Positions 24,988 to 36,261 of a DNA stretch of 64,000 nt are shown here, in pieces (the stretch's first letter is position 1; each line of letters starts with the position of its first letter). Origin of the DNA: Octopus sinensis (taxonomy: Eukaryota); the NCBI RefSeq assembly GCF_006345805.1, contig NC_042997.1, positions 119,350,001 through 119,414,000 of the forward strand, given 5' to 3'. A program made the position numbers and the translations under genes. The notes under the pieces were generated by a model. The model was not told the DNA's origin and did no database searches. It saw nothing but the letters and a program-made list of their open reading frames with translations.

Positions 24988-25680
24988 CTTGTTTTCAGCC
25001 GTGCGAGCTATATCTATGATCCAGCATCGTTTGCTTTCTTTTTTCAATTAACGCACACACTATGACTGGTTTCCTATTCTCTATTTCCTGGTCGCACTGA
25101 ATCATAAAATCCCAAAGGATCTTTGCATCATCATTTTCGATGATGCCTTCGTGTTCATACCATATTTTTGCTCTGTCAAGCTGATACATATTGCAAAGTG
25201 TCCAATGGAAAACTCTTGCTATATTGTCATGACGTCTTTTATATTCTTTCTATTGACGTACATTGACAGCTAATATGCCAGACGGTTTCACCATTTTGCG
25301 CACAAATTCTGTACTTAAAACTTTCTGATATGTTTGTTGTCTATTCTGTATTGGATGTAAGTGATTCTTAATGCTTACTGTTAGGCAGCACATATTAGAG
25401 CCTCCGTTTCCGGTTTCAAATCACTTTTAGTCCTCTATGATCATATTTTTCACTGTCTGTCTTATCTTCAACATCCCAATGAAATTGTCTATGCATTATT
25501 TTCTTTATTCATCTATTTTCTGTTTCAATCATTCGCAATTGCTTGTATAGTGCTTTATCTTTGCAATCTTTCATCCTACACAAGCCTGACCTTCTTACTG
25601 CCAATAATAGTGATTCTGTGGCATTTTTTACATCCCATGATATGTTGTTTTTTCAGCTCTAATGCTGTGTTCGCACCCTT
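24988..25680 (-). mobile_element. R4/Dong-clade LINE fragment, 5'-truncated at an (AAT)n tract
   Basis: GCEHSIRAEKNNISW...MHRQFHWDVEDKT...ETEALICAA...RHDNIARVFHWTLC...KILWDFMIQCDQEIENRKP. Same subfamily as relics 2 and 3. Confidence 0.9.
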
Positions 25681-25736
25681 TATTATTATTATTATTATTA
25701 TTATTGTTGTTGTTGTTGTTGCTGTTGTTGTTGTTG

Positions 25737-25767
<31 letters not shown>

Positions 25768-25813
25768 ATTATTATTATTATTATTATATTATTATTATTA
25801 TTATTATTATTAC
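25681..25813. repeat. (ATT)n-(GTT)n-(ATT)n microsatellite
   Basis: Direct reading. Confidence 0.95.
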
Positions 25814-26333
25814 TGAGTGAGAGAGCAGTGCATGCCATCAAAGTGACACTGGGGTAAAATATGCGAAGCCCAGTATACCCATCATGACCACGCGTCTGAA
25901 AAGCGTACACACGATACATGCATCACAACAATATGTGCGCGACATGGTGATCTCATTAAGATTAACAGCACATGACCTTGCAGGTGGGGCCCAGTTAGAA
26001 TGTTCTGCTGGTCGAAAAAGTTCCCTGAATAAGAATTGTTTAAGGGTGTTGAACGAAATACCCATGTTTCCAGATATGATTATTCAAACCCCACAGAATC
26101 CCTCTCAACACATGGCTATGATGCTCCCCGACTATTTCTCTTCATGATGGATGCACATATCGTCAGCCACTAAGGGGCATGCTCAACTGGTTACGGCAAA
26201 CAACTGACAAGCAAATCTATGGTATTGAGCAGAATATTTGCTGTAGCCCATCTTTTATACCAAGACAAAACAATGTACGCGATACCACTTCCAATCGGTT
26301 GAGATCAGAAGCCATGAGAGTCACTGCTTGGTA
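25814..26333 (-). mobile_element. Non-coding interspersed repeat of about 520 bp flanked by (AAT)n on both sides
   Basis: A second copy lies at 14126-14398. (ATT)n at 25681-25813 and 26334-26390. The strand is inferred from the tail position. Confidence 0.8.
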
Positions 26334-26358
26334 ATTATTATTATTATTATTATTATTA

Positions 26359-26389
<31 letters not shown>

Positions 26390-27027
26390 TTTCCTTCTTT
26401 CTTCAAATTTTCTTCCGTTTCTCGCCGAATGTTTTCCGTACACCTAGGGCAGAGAAACCCATTGTATGCATTCCCAGATTATATATACTCCACCAGGCTA
26501 TCGCAGACACCAGTAAAAACACAAATACATTAAATATACGTAGTTAATGATATTTAGTATGCTAGAACCGCTTTATTTCATATATAGTTCTAAGTCAACC
26601 ATTCTAGATGAGGTTATTAATTTCTAAATAAATCTCATAGTGAAGTGGCAAAATGTCGACTCAATTAAAGTGGCCTTTTTATATTAATGTAACATATTTG
26701 TCAAATAAAAGCAAAAATTAATCTCCATTTGTTTTAAAGTCGCAAGGAAGAAATATTAAAAGTAATATTTTAGTAATCTATTTCATTATGCTGTATTTTT
26801 GCCATTTGTCATTCATGTCCAAACACAGAATAATGATATATATTAAATGGATGATTATTTTATATTAGGATAGCCTGTGATGTTATTAAATCCTGTATTA
26901 GTATTTAATCTAGTAGCATATCATTTGTGACCCTGTCTTTTTGAGGCCAAATTGCGAGTAACATCAATAATCTCATTGCATCTACAAAATAAGTATCGCA
27001 CATGCAAGTCATGAATTCAGAATGTCA

Positions 27028-27279
27028 GGCGCAGGAGTGGCTTTGTGATAAGTAGCTTTCTTACCAACCACATGGTTCCGGGTTCAGTCCCACTCCGTGG
27101 CACTTTGTGCAAGTGTTTTCTATTTTAGCCTCGGGTCGACCAAAGCCTTGTCAGTGGATTTGGTAGACGGAAACTGAAAGAGGCCCGTCGAATAGATATA
27201 GATATATGTATGTATGTATGTGTGTGTATATGTTTGTGTGTCAGTGTTTGTCCTCCCCAACATCGCTTCACAACCGACG
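27028..27279 (+). mobile_element. SINE-B, 3'-truncated
   Basis: GGCGCAGGAGTGGCTTTGTGATAAG head, B box GGGTTCAGTCCC, GGATTTGGTAGACGGAAACTGAAAG core. Confidence 0.9.
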
Positions 27280-27680
27280 ATATTGGTTTGGATTTTAGCT
27301 GTTCCTTCTAGCGTGCAAGGAATCCTATGACGGATACTTCTTATGTGTTCAAACGTACACTGTATTTATATGCATAATATATATTCTAGTGACAATTTTT
27401 TTTACAGGCTAGACCACTAGTAGTAAATATTTCTAAATTTTTGATTACCCTGATATTATAATTATTCATAATTTTTTCTTCATAATTTTCGAAGAAACGC
27501 CGGCATTCTTTTATTTGCTGCCGTCAAAAAATGCGCTTGTAAAAGCACGTGGCACATGCTGGATTGCCTCATACTTATATGATTCGGATATTCTGTTTGA
27601 AATATTTTTCATTAGTTCATTGCTATGCAGTGTTGAATTGCGAAAAATGTTTATTGATACGGTTTCTATTTTCGCTCAAA

Positions 27681-27912
27681 AGGCGGCGAGCTGGCAGAAA
27701 CGTTAGCACGCCGGGCGAAATGCGTAGCCGTATTTCGTCTGCCGTTACATTCTGAGTTCAAATTCCACCGAGGTCGACTTTGCCTTTCATCCTTTCGGGG
27801 TCGATTAAATAAGTACCAGTTACGGACTGGGGTCGATGTAATCGACTTAATCCGTTTGTCTGTCCTTGTTTGTCCCCTCTGTGTTTAGCCCCTTGTGGGC
27901 AGTAAAGAAAGA
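27681..27912 (+). mobile_element. Full-length SINE-A with perfect 17-bp TSD
   Basis: GGTTTCTATTTTCGCTC at 27661-27677 and 27913-27929. Confidence 0.95.
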
Positions 27913-28961
27913 GGTTTCTATTTTCGCTCGGTTTCTGATATAGGACGTAAAGTCTCTAGGTCTAGTTTAACGTGTACGGTATTTACGCTCCTGGAATCGT
28001 TTGAAAATTCTATCGAGAAATAAAAGTTCCTTCGGAGGTATACATATATGTGTGTGCGTGTGTGTATGCGCTTGCGAGCGAGTGTGCGTGTGCGGTTATG
28101 TGTATGCGTCTATATATATGCATATGTATCTGTACTCTTAATCAATAATATACATATTTGTACACATATGAATGCGCGTCGAGATATGAGAAAGATTATA
28201 TGCTATTCATATATTTACGCACACGCACACGCACACACACACACAGACACACACACAAACACACACACACACACAAGTCCATGCTTACACAAAACAAAAA
28301 CATGCCCAATGAATGCGTGAGACTGAGTTTTCGTGTACTTGTGATATCCATAGAAATTGTTAACAGAATTTTTGAATACGCATTCCACGTTTCAAATTAT
28401 TTTCCACATAAACTTTGATACACATAATTCTATTAAGAAGCATGTATATATTTTTTTTACCTGCCATTACGAATATTTTCAATTAATATATGGTATAATC
28501 CTTCTGCTTCGTGTATTGAAAATAGAATTAATATTTAAGTGAGATATTAATGATTTAATTATATGTGCGCAATAAATAAACTAAAATGTTATTTAAGATA
28601 TTCAGATGTGTACATTAGAAGCTGTTCTCAATTAGATAAATAATGCATATACGAGTATAATGGCAGGGATAATTTGCATAGAATATTTGCAAGATAGGCA
28701 GTATGTCAATTTCGATGTCATGCGTTAGATGCAAGATTCAAATTATATATAATATGAGGATATTTCTACTTAAATAAAATTACGCTCGCCTTAATGAACA
28801 ATTGTTTATGATGTGTGTAGTATTTCAATATTCATATAACTCATTGCAAGTGTGGTCGTTTTGACTATACTATTTGACACTGCACGAGTCCTCATCGAAC
28901 AAATCTATTACCAAATTTTCCCCCGTGGTCAACATCTAGCCTTTTTCCTGTAAATATATGT

Positions 28962-29263
28962 GGAGGCACATGGCCTAATGGTTAGAGCAGCGGACTCGCG
29001 GTCGAGGGATCGCAGATTCGAATCTCAGACCGAGCGATGTGTGTGTTTATGAGCGAAACACTTAAGCTCCACGTGACTCCGGCAGGAGGAAATGGCGAAC
29101 TTTTGCTGACTCTTTCGCCACAACTTTTTCTCACTCTTTCCTCCTGTATCTTGCAGCTCACCTGCGACGGACCGGCGTCCCGTCCAATGGGGAATTTATA
29201 CACCAAGGAAACCGAGAAACTGGCCCTTATGAGCCAGGCGTGGCTCCAGAAGGAACAAACAAC
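28962..29263 (+). mobile_element. tRNA-derived SINE-C
   Basis: A box TGGCCTAATGG, B box GATTCGAATCT, (AAC)n tail. Second copy at 47588-47838. Confidence 0.9.
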
Positions 29264-30057
29264 ATTGTAAATATCGTATTATTTCTCAGAGGCTAGAATA
29301 AACTTTAAGGTAATTGAGCTGGTATAGCAATTAATGTGAATCTGTTCACACATCCGTGCTAATTTTCTCGTAAAATTGAATGTGTTTAAGTGCAGTACAA
29401 TTATCTATCGGTGCACCGGGATATAGAAGGGTAACTGAAACTGCGAAGAAACGTTTGAGAAAGGTTTTGTTATAATGGAAAAGAGACATCAGAGAGCAGA
29501 TCTGAAAGAAAATGGATAGAGTTTCGTTTTACAACATGCAGGGATCACACTGTTTATCGACACAAAATTTAATAATGTTCGGTGTAATATTGTCTATTTA
29601 TATATTACACTCTTGGTGTCATTTCGACACGACACAACGTTACTGGAAGTAATCGAAAATTAAAGGTATTTCCACGTCGATGGTCCCATATTGGTTTCAG
29701 ACATTTATATAACGATCTATTTCGGAGTATAAGAATCCTTTTTTGCTTTTTAGTTTTATAATGGTCCTATGTTATCACAGATACATGAATCTCATTCGAA
29801 GAGGGTTGTATGAATATTAACATGGTTGGCTCCATATGAATATTATGTATGAATATTAACATGGTTGGCTCCATATTTAGGAGCGATATTTTAAACTGGA
29901 CTTGTGAAATGGTTGGAGTCTCTGTTGAGAATTTTGCTACTAGTAATTAAATAAACAAAAAATAAATATACATGCTAGATAGTGTATAATTGAACAACGT
30001 ATTACGTAGTAAAAATCAGGTGTATTATACGATTATACGCGTACACATACACACCAA

Positions 30058-30108
<51 letters not shown>

Positions 30109-30127
30109 GTTTACGTATGTATGCTTG

Positions 30128-30171
<44 letters not shown>

Positions 30172-30179
30172 ATTTTCAC

Positions 30180-30352
30180 CATGATAGATCGCTAGCTACT
30201 ACCCATTCTTTATTTTCTCTCATTGTTTCTTTCAGTGTTCCTTTCTGTGGAAGAGCGTAGGCTCGAAACGTTAAAGACTTTTTTCACTTCCCGAGAGTTA
30301 TACTACCTGTCTTCGTCATTTTCTTTTTTTTTTTTTTGGTGAATTCTCCCCC
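30180..30352 (+). mobile_element. Short Penelope-type non-coding element with variant hammerhead (30241-30276)
   Basis: CTTT-CTGTGGA-A-GAGC(GTAG)GCTC-GAAA-CGT-T-AAAG. Related to 50400-50568, 35590-35750 and 62600-62770; ends in (TA)n. Confidence 0.65.
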
Positions 30353-30361
30353 TATATATAT

Positions 30362-30410
<49 letters not shown>

Positions 30411-30414
<4 letters not shown>

Positions 30415-30770
30415 CAGAAGGGAACACCCCTGCATGGTACCAGAGATTCCAACATTAGCATGAAAATATAGGACCTGAAACTACAACAGTTTGTGTTTCA
30501 GGGAACCACAGCTATTCGATATCTTTCGTAAATGTCTGAGAGACCTGCATGGTGTGGATATGGCTTTCTTTAAAACTAAACTCGATCTCTTCTTGTCAGG
30601 GATTCGAAATGAACCTACCTCTCGGCAGATTACACAGATGCGGGCAGCGGCGCCGAACTCGTTTGTTGACTAAGTACCACGTATCAGATGTGGTTTCACA
30701 TACTAGTGTAGCACGGTCAAAGGTGGTGCCCCAGCATGGCCGCAGCTTTCGGGCTCAAACAATTTAAAGG
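30411..30770 (+). mobile_element. CR1/L2-like LINE 3' end
   Basis: CMVPEIP..KYRT*NYNSLCFREPQLFDIFRKCLRDLHGVDMAFFKTKLDLFLSG..EPT..RAAAPNS, then a 3'UTR ending CCAGCATGGCCGCAGCTTTCGGGCTCAAAC. The clade call is from recalled motif similarity. Confidence 0.7.
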
Positions 30771-30782
30771 ATTATTTTAAGG

Positions 30783-30815
<33 letters not shown>

Positions 30816-32019
30816 AATAAATATATATATATATAAATATATATATATATTGTGGGAGTCTATGCATGTATATATGTATATAACACATGAAAAATTACGA
30901 ATAAAATTGAAAACAGTAACAGTAAAATTGGTTTGTTATTGTCAGTGCTACACTCACAGAGTTCACCGCAGACTATTGTTTGTAATTCGTGACTTCAATC
31001 AACTACTGAGGAATATTAAAATGTTGAATGTCATACAACGAGAAAAGTTGGCAAGTTTCCAAGTACATTTCACAACTTTATTAATTTTCAATCAAGACTT
31101 TGTATAATATTCTGAATAATTTTAGACCCATTAAATGTTTTCCAAAAATTAATAATCTCGCTTAAGCAAACTGTATCGTAAATCTCTTTAGAAAATGTAA
31201 TAAATAGCTTTCTTCTCAGAAGATTCAAATGACAAATTGCAATCCAATAGATAAGACAAGACTGGAATTAATATTTCTGTGGTGCATGAAATGGTTCATC
31301 GCATCTGTGAGAACATCTTAATTAAAGCAAGATGTGTATCCACATCTCTTCAAGATATTGATTAGATTCAACTAACTTGTCACCAGAAATCCTTTCAGTA
31401 ATAAAAAAAAAAGTTGTACTCTAATTTAAATTACCAAATGATTTATGATTAATTCTGGTTGAATAAAAATGTAGAGCATGAAAAACTTTGAAGATGTAAT
31501 AACCATGGTCCAACCTGTTCGCAATATTTTTTTCTCTTATCATTTATTTTATGACTCATTATGAATAATAGAAAAGAGAGCGTCACCGCGCGTCATAAAA
31601 TTATGTAGTATTTGTTTGATGTTCAAATAATATTATGTGCAAAATTGTAACACGTATGCATACATGCTCCCATACTTACATGCACAAATATATGTTCGCG
31701 CGCATGTGTGTAGGCGTGTGGACGCATGCGCGTGCGTGCACATAGATAGGTTCCAAACATTTAAACGGCAGTGTAACAAACAAAAATTCACGCATGGGAC
31801 ACTGCTAATTCCTCGTCAGTTATCAATCCAAAGGATCATAACATTTTCACTCCTTTATCTATAACATTGTTCATTTTTTGGTGGTGTTAGCGAGGAGAAA
31901 CCGCTGGGAATAGCTTGCGAATGTGCGGGCAATGACGAAAACAAACACGAAAAGATGAGGATATGAACCGAGTTCTACAGGAAAGCAGCCAGTAGAGATA
32001 TGTTTGTTTCTCTACAATT

Positions 32020-32993
32020 CAACCATTCCACTCGGTGCCAAAATAGGATACGCCAGAAATGAATTTACATGCATCCAGAGCAAGTGCAATAGAACAGAGG
32101 ACAATGTCACCCACACTACACACTTCCTAGAAGTATGGAAAACCAACGGGTTCGCTATATCCATTGTCGATCGGCATAAGTAACTGAGACGATAAACACG
32201 CCAAGTACACAGAAAACCCAGCATCAAAAACTTCCTTAAAATACCCCATTTTAGCGGAAGGATAACTACAGCTACAGGAAGAGCCATAAAAAGAGGCGGA
32301 ATAGACACACAAGTAGCCCACTCCGGCCCCTCTCTGAGAAGACACCTAGCAAAGAAAAGAGCAAGGGACAGCAATCAATGCTCATTAGGTAACTGACCCA
32401 TGCGTGACACAGATTAATGCCAACGGGTAAATGTTTTATATCGAATGCAATGTAACAAATGCAACAATTTCCATATGGGTAGTGCAACGAGACCATTACA
32501 CATTCCCATCAAAGAACATCTAAACACGCGAACCTCCTCCTTCAGAAAACAACTAGACAGATGTCGGAAAACCGAAAAAAGCATAACAGTAACAACTGAG
32601 GCCAATGACAGAAATTTAGGAAATTTAAGAATTAAGGACAAACTAGGTCCCCAAATTAACAACAGGTTGGAAATTGACAATCAGTATATGATTTAACAAC
32701 ATCGGCATCCTGCACGCTCGATGCTAACACGCTCATGTAACAAAACATTATATAGAAAACAATGAACGTGCAATACATAACTTTGAAGCAGCGCTTCGGA
32801 TATACTAACACACACAATTCGAGACATGACTGCACTTCCGCACTTCTCATGAGGAGTCCCCGAAGGGGCTTCGTAAGACCATTATAAGGACGCTTCCGGC
32901 AGATTTCAGTAAATGTTGGAGAAGCTACTATAACAGTGACTCCATTAATTCCTAGCAGCATCTGAAGAAGGAATTCTTATATTCCGAAATATT
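32020..32993 (+). mobile_element. Penelope-like element 3' fragment: RT C-terminus/linker, GIY-YIG relic, and 3' region with two hammerhead motifs
   Basis: IPLGAKIGYARNEF...WKTNGF; FLKIPHFS...AHSGPSLRRHL...VLYRMQCNKCNNFHMGSATRPLHIPIKEHL (GIY-YIG pattern). Stop at 32696. Confidence 0.88.
32957..32993 (+). ncRNA. Minimal hammerhead motif, core intact, 3' strand of stem I missing
   Basis: CTGAAGA at 32962-32968, A, GGAAT(TCTTAT)ATTCC, GAAA at 32986-32989, palindromic ATAT, then a T run. Confidence 0.7.
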
Positions 32994-33207
32994 TTTTTAG
33001 ACTATGAATAATTAAATTATTTATTGTCCACTCGGCATTATTATAGACCATTCCATACCCGTTACACTTCGCAAACAATGCACAATGCTTCCAGCGAACT
33101 ATACACACATACACAGACATGTATAATACTTATATACATATATACTTGTAGTTATGTAAATATACATGCATATATATGTGTGTGTGAGTGCGTATGTGTA
33201 GAAACAC

Positions 33208-33396
33208 TCTTTTATTTGTTTCCGTTATTTGACTGCTGTCATGCTGGAGTACCGCCTTTAGTCGAGCAAATCTATTCTTTGTAAGCCTAGTACTTATTCT
33301 ATCGGCCTCTTTTGCCGACTGCTAAGTTACGGGGGCGTAAACACACCACCATCGATTGTGAAGTGATGTTAGTGGGAAAAACATACACACACACAT

Positions 33397-33457
<61 letters not shown>

Positions 33458-33624
33458 CACATATACATATATACGACGGGCTTCTTTCAGTTTCCGTCTT
33501 CCAAATCCACTTACGGCTCGAGGCTACAGTAGAAGACCCTTACCCAAGATGCCATGCAGTGGAACTAAAACCGGAACCATGTGGTTGTTAAGCAAACTAT
33601 TTACCACACAGCCACTCCTGCTCC
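33208..33624 (-). mobile_element. Near full-length SINE-B
   Basis: Head, internal (TA)n/(CA)n and tail all present. Confidence 0.92.
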
Positions 33625-34096
33625 TTATTTAGTTTATGAATAAAATTTGATGTGTATTTAGAAAACGAAGATCATAAATGTGGCTTCATATGTTACGTGT
33701 AACCAAATAGTGAAGGCAAGGTACACATTCACTCCTGAGAAATGTGATGTGTTTGGAATCCTGTTGATTATATAGAAACTTCTCCTTGTAGTGTTGTGTG
33801 TGAAGCACGTAATCTGTTTTAGAGTATTAAATTGAGATTTGTTTGCATTTTAAAAGTTATTTGCTGATCATCTCTTTCCATTTTACTACAATTAGTAGCC
33901 GAATGATGCTTAAGCAGTCAAAGTAAATGTAAGTATATGTACAAATACACTTTTCTCGCTCATGATAACACAGACACACAGACACACACACACACACACA
34001 CACAAACACAAACACAAACACACACACAAACATACATACACACATATATGAGTGTGTGCATGTATATGTATGTGTACAAATAGATATGTATATATA

Positions 34097-34159
<63 letters not shown>

Positions 34160-34574
34160 ATATATGTGTGTGTGTGTGTGTAGATGTGTGTGCGTGTGTG
34201 CGTGTGTGCGTGCGTATATATACAGCGGTACCAGCGTTAATCTGTGATGAGGAATAAACGAACTTTAGGCTAATTAAAATACGTTTGAAATTTTTTGAGA
34301 TCCTAAAGCCAAACTCGTTGCGATTAGCGTGGAATAAAACGTCTCACTTATGGTAAAACGCGTAGAAACACCACATATGCCAGGATGCGTTTCTTCTCCT
34401 TTAAACTTTAACAGCAGTAAATATCAGTGACGGAGTTGCCCTCGCGGAGAAATTTTCTCTGCCAGAAGTGCAATTAATTTGTCATTAGTAAGTCGTAACA
34501 TGTCACAAACATATTTTAACGAACTTCAAATTCGTTTATTCCTTATAATTGCTTAGTGTTGGTGCTATTGTAAT

Positions 34575-34936
34575 TATTCCGGGCCGGAAAATTTTCGGAG
34601 ACGAACTGCTGTCATTGTCATCATCATCAACATCATCATCATCGCCAATATCCACGCAATAATTACCATCACCACAGTCAACACCAACACATCCATCACC
34701 ACCATCAACCCAACCACCACCACCATCGCCACCACAACCACCAATACCACCACCACCACCAATACCCCCACCCCCACCCCCCCACCCGCCACCCCCACCA
34801 TCACGCGCCCACAGCTACCGCCACCGTCATAATCACATCACCAACGTGATCGTGGTCATCATTATCATGCTCATCATGATCCACCTCCTCCTCCCCTCAC
34901 CATAATCATCATCATCATCACCATCATCATCATCAT
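34575..34936. repeat. (CAT)n/(CAC)n compound low-complexity tract
   Basis: Direct reading. Confidence 0.9.
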
Positions 34937-35213
34937 AAGCTTAATGTATAACGTTTCGGTGATTTTCTCTTTAAATATTAATTTCATCCATTTAAATTCT
35001 TTACTAGAGCTGATAGTCTGAGATAATCTCGTTTCAGCTTCGAAATGTTTGTAATTCTCTTTAATAATTAGCTTACAGCATTGATCAGAAATTGAGTAAT
35101 TCGAGACTTTTGCGCCTTTAAAATGTTACGTTTAAGGAAATATAAATCAACTGTTTCGTCTTTCCTGTTCTTTTCATCTATCTTTCTTTCTCTATCCTAA
35201 TCTCACCGTCTCA

Positions 35214-35444
35214 TATATATACCAATTAAGGACTGAGCACGAAAAGTGGACAGTCAACATGCTAGATATAGACGTCAAATCGCCATTCTCCACAAATATT
35301 ATGTTCTCAAATAAAATAAAATTCAGCACAATTGTGCTGAATTTTATTTGAGAACATAATCTTTGTAAAGAATGGCGATTTGACGTCTATATCTAGCATG
35401 TTGACTGTCCACTTTTCGTGCTCAGTCCTTAATTGGTATATATA
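35214..35444. mobile_element. Palindromic MITE/foldback (215-bp core, 35222-35436) flanked by (TA)n
   Basis: Arms CCAATTAAGGACTGAGCACG...CAGCACAA|TTGTGCTG...CGTGCTCAGTCCTTAATTGG with no central loop. The arms differ by one 5-bp indel and about 3 substitutions. Confidence 0.88.
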
Positions 35445-35589
35445 AATATTTTAATCTTCGGATTCTTTTTAATATGCTAGACCACTGGTTTTAATTGACT
35501 AATATCAATTTCTACCCTTAATTAATTTTAATTTTATACATATATATATATATATATTATAATATATATATATATATACAGTGGAAATT

Positions 35590-35750
35590 TACAGAAACAG
35601 AGAAAGATTAAGACAGGTGTATGAACAACAAGCAGGTGTATTACTTTGACGCTCGGGAAAGCGAGAAAGTCATTTACTTTTCGAGCTTAATCTCTTCAAC
35701 AGAAAAGAGCACGAGCAAATAAACAGAGATAATAAATAAATAAATAAATA
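35590..35750 (-). mobile_element. Short Penelope-type element with degenerate hammerhead
   Basis: Minus strand CTGTTGA-A-GAG(ATTAAG)CTC-GAAA (35702 to 35679), followed by TTCCCGAGCGTCAAAGTAATACACCTG as in the 50400-50568 copy. Confidence 0.55.
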
Positions 35751-35992
35751 AGAAAAAACTCCTGGAGTTTGATAACGAGAGGACAGTTCTTAAGAGGTTA
35801 GTGTTTTTTTGTGTGTGCGTAGGCATCTGCACGCGCGTGTCTGTGTGCGCATGCGGTCTGTTCACGAGAGCGTTTGTGGTCTAGTTTCCGTGTTTGTATG
35901 GCTGAATCGATTTTGCGAATGAGGGATTAAGTTCGGTTGTGTGTGGCGGCGTGAATGGTTGTGTGTATGTGCCTGTCATGTCTATGCATGCA

Positions 35993-36026
<34 letters not shown>

Positions 36027-36261
36027 AGGTAAGGGTGATCCCTTTGGTAATGTATGACGATGGGATTGCATCTAGAAAAGTTAGACTCCGGGGCACAAGT
36101 CTTTGCAAGGTTGCTTTTTAATAGAAGACGAGCAGTCGTTCAGGCATACCACGCCACCGTTGTTTTCCAAGGGAAAGGCAAAGGCTGATACAGCTTGGCA
36201 CCAGTGAGATTGCAACTCATTTCTAGAGCTGAGTAAACTGGAGCAACGTGAAATAAATATA

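Noticed and set aside
26125-26170. Minus-strand CTGACGA...GAAATAGTC
   Set aside because: No stem II or stem I can form, so this is not a hammerhead.
36010-36257. Segment resembling another octopus SINE that I recall
   Set aside because: Single copy here, with no Pol III boxes or TSD visible, so the support is recall only. The same applies to the (ACAT)n-tailed segments at 19965-20090 and 54080-54340.
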